Source: Mobula hypostoma (Eukaryota). Taken from it: a stretch of 64,000 nucleotides of DNA. Shown one piece after another: positions 62,681-64,000 of this stretch. The notes beneath the pieces are model-generated. The model did no database searches. It saw only the letters and a list, made by a program, of their open reading frames with translations, and was not told the origin of the DNA. The position numbers and the translations under genes were made by a program. Each line of letters opens with the position of its first letter. Position 1 is the stretch's first letter. The stretch lies in the NCBI RefSeq assembly GCF_963921235.1, contig NC_086097.1:27158001-27222000 (forward strand), in the 5' to 3' direction.

Positions 62681-64000
62681 GTGAGTAGTTTATATCTCTG
62701 GAGTTTGGCTGGGCTTGTATGCAAGCAGAAATATCACACTTTTGTGGCATTCTGTTTGCTGTATGTGTGAAGTTAATGATTATAAGTGATATATCAAACA
62801 CAATTGTGATTAGGGATCTAGGATTTGGACTCTTGATTGTTAACCTTCATTTTCCACCAAAGTACACATGGCCAGGCAAAAAAAACTGTCTAACCTTGTA
62901 ACTAGTCTTTTTCAGTATGACTACATGGCTGTTTGCGATACATTGATACTGGATTTGCTTAGAACTAACATATAGTAGAGCTAGTCTGAGAACTAACAAA
63001 TCGAATTGCTTGTATGAATATCTAGATTTTTAGCATATTGAGCCTATGAAGTTTTAATGTCTTGAGGAATACTGGGATGGAATTAAAGCTTTTTAAACAA
63101 AATTTGGGCTAAGGTAGCCATATTAGAATTGAAATTGAGTGTGGACTGGTGTGGAATGTAAATGTGGTGCAATAGATGTTCTAGTGTTTAGAGACCTTGT
63201 ACCCATGCCCACTATAGCATGTGCAGGAAGTCTATTCTGGATTATGCTTCAAGTTTTGTTGTCTCTAATGGAGTTTACATATTGCCTGGGACTAGTAATT
63301 TGAAGCTACCTGTAAGCATCATTATTCGATTTGGTTTAGATGTGTATCACAAATTGCTCTGTAATTTTGGTTTTAATATATATGTAAGCGGTGTTTAAGC
63401 CATCCAAGTGCATATGTCAACTTTCTCCCCATGATGTGGCCATCTTGCTTCAGCCTGACATGCTGTTCCAGCATTTTGTGTGCTTTTGGATTTCCAGCAT
63501 GTAGAATTTCTAGTGTTTGTGATTTGCTTCAGTAAAGGGGTTAATCTAGGTCCATCGATGCACTCAGTTGATGTAGTGTATGATGCATGACAATGGGTTC
63601 TGACAGCACTGACCAGATAGTTCCAGAAAGTTCAGAGGCAGTCAAATAATTTGCTCAGGTTAAGGTCAGTCATACTTCTCATGAAAAGGTCCATGGGATG
63701 TCCTGTTGGGTTGTTGCAAAAAAAAAACAACCTTGCTGCATTTGTGTATTCATTATATTGGCTGCAAAGTAGTTGCCAAAGGCAAGTTTGCAGAATTATT
63801 GATTTGTTCTGTTGCAAAGATATTTTTCTTTGAATTAAATCAATGTAGCCTACATTATTTCTGTTTCAAATGTGGATCTTAAAAAAGAAAGTCCATGTAT
63901 CCATTTAAAGCATCCTTGCATTTGGACAAGTTTGAGTGATTAGTAATTTTAGTAAAAGGTGAGAAAGGGAAGTGATGTTTGAGTGGTTTGAATTTGCTGA

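Overview
Vertebrate genomic DNA, very probably from a cartilaginous fish (ray/shark). This is inferred from the repeat content: HE1/V-SINE-like SINEs, CR1, Rex/Babar, RTE and Penelope elements. The window holds the 5' parts of two divergently transcribed genes. NRDE2 is on the minus strand: coding exons 1-4 complete, exon 5 cut by the window edge, and all splice phases join in frame. A calmodulin gene is on the plus strand, with an ATG-only coding exon 1 and a 31-nt exon 2 (ADQLTEEQIA); it is called CALM1 because it neighbours NRDE2. Each gene has a CpG-island promoter. Most of the remaining sequence is nested, decayed transposons, including a Gypsy LTR element with a PNMA-like gag and a perfect tRNA-Pro primer-binding site, and a comparatively intact RTE LINE. 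The most striking unannotated signal is about 20 short Penelope-like terminal-repeat derivatives. Many carry all or part of a minimal type-I hammerhead ribozyme (reconstructed consensus AGUC-CUGA(U/C)GA-A-GGG-UCUCGG-CCC-GAAA-CG-UC-GACU) and many form fold-back hairpins. One is a young 190-bp insertion with perfect 58-bp inverted arms and a 12-bp target-site duplication. A second, different hammerhead family sits at about 43.76-43.80 kb. All calls were made by eye; TE boundaries are approximate unless exact junctions are quoted.
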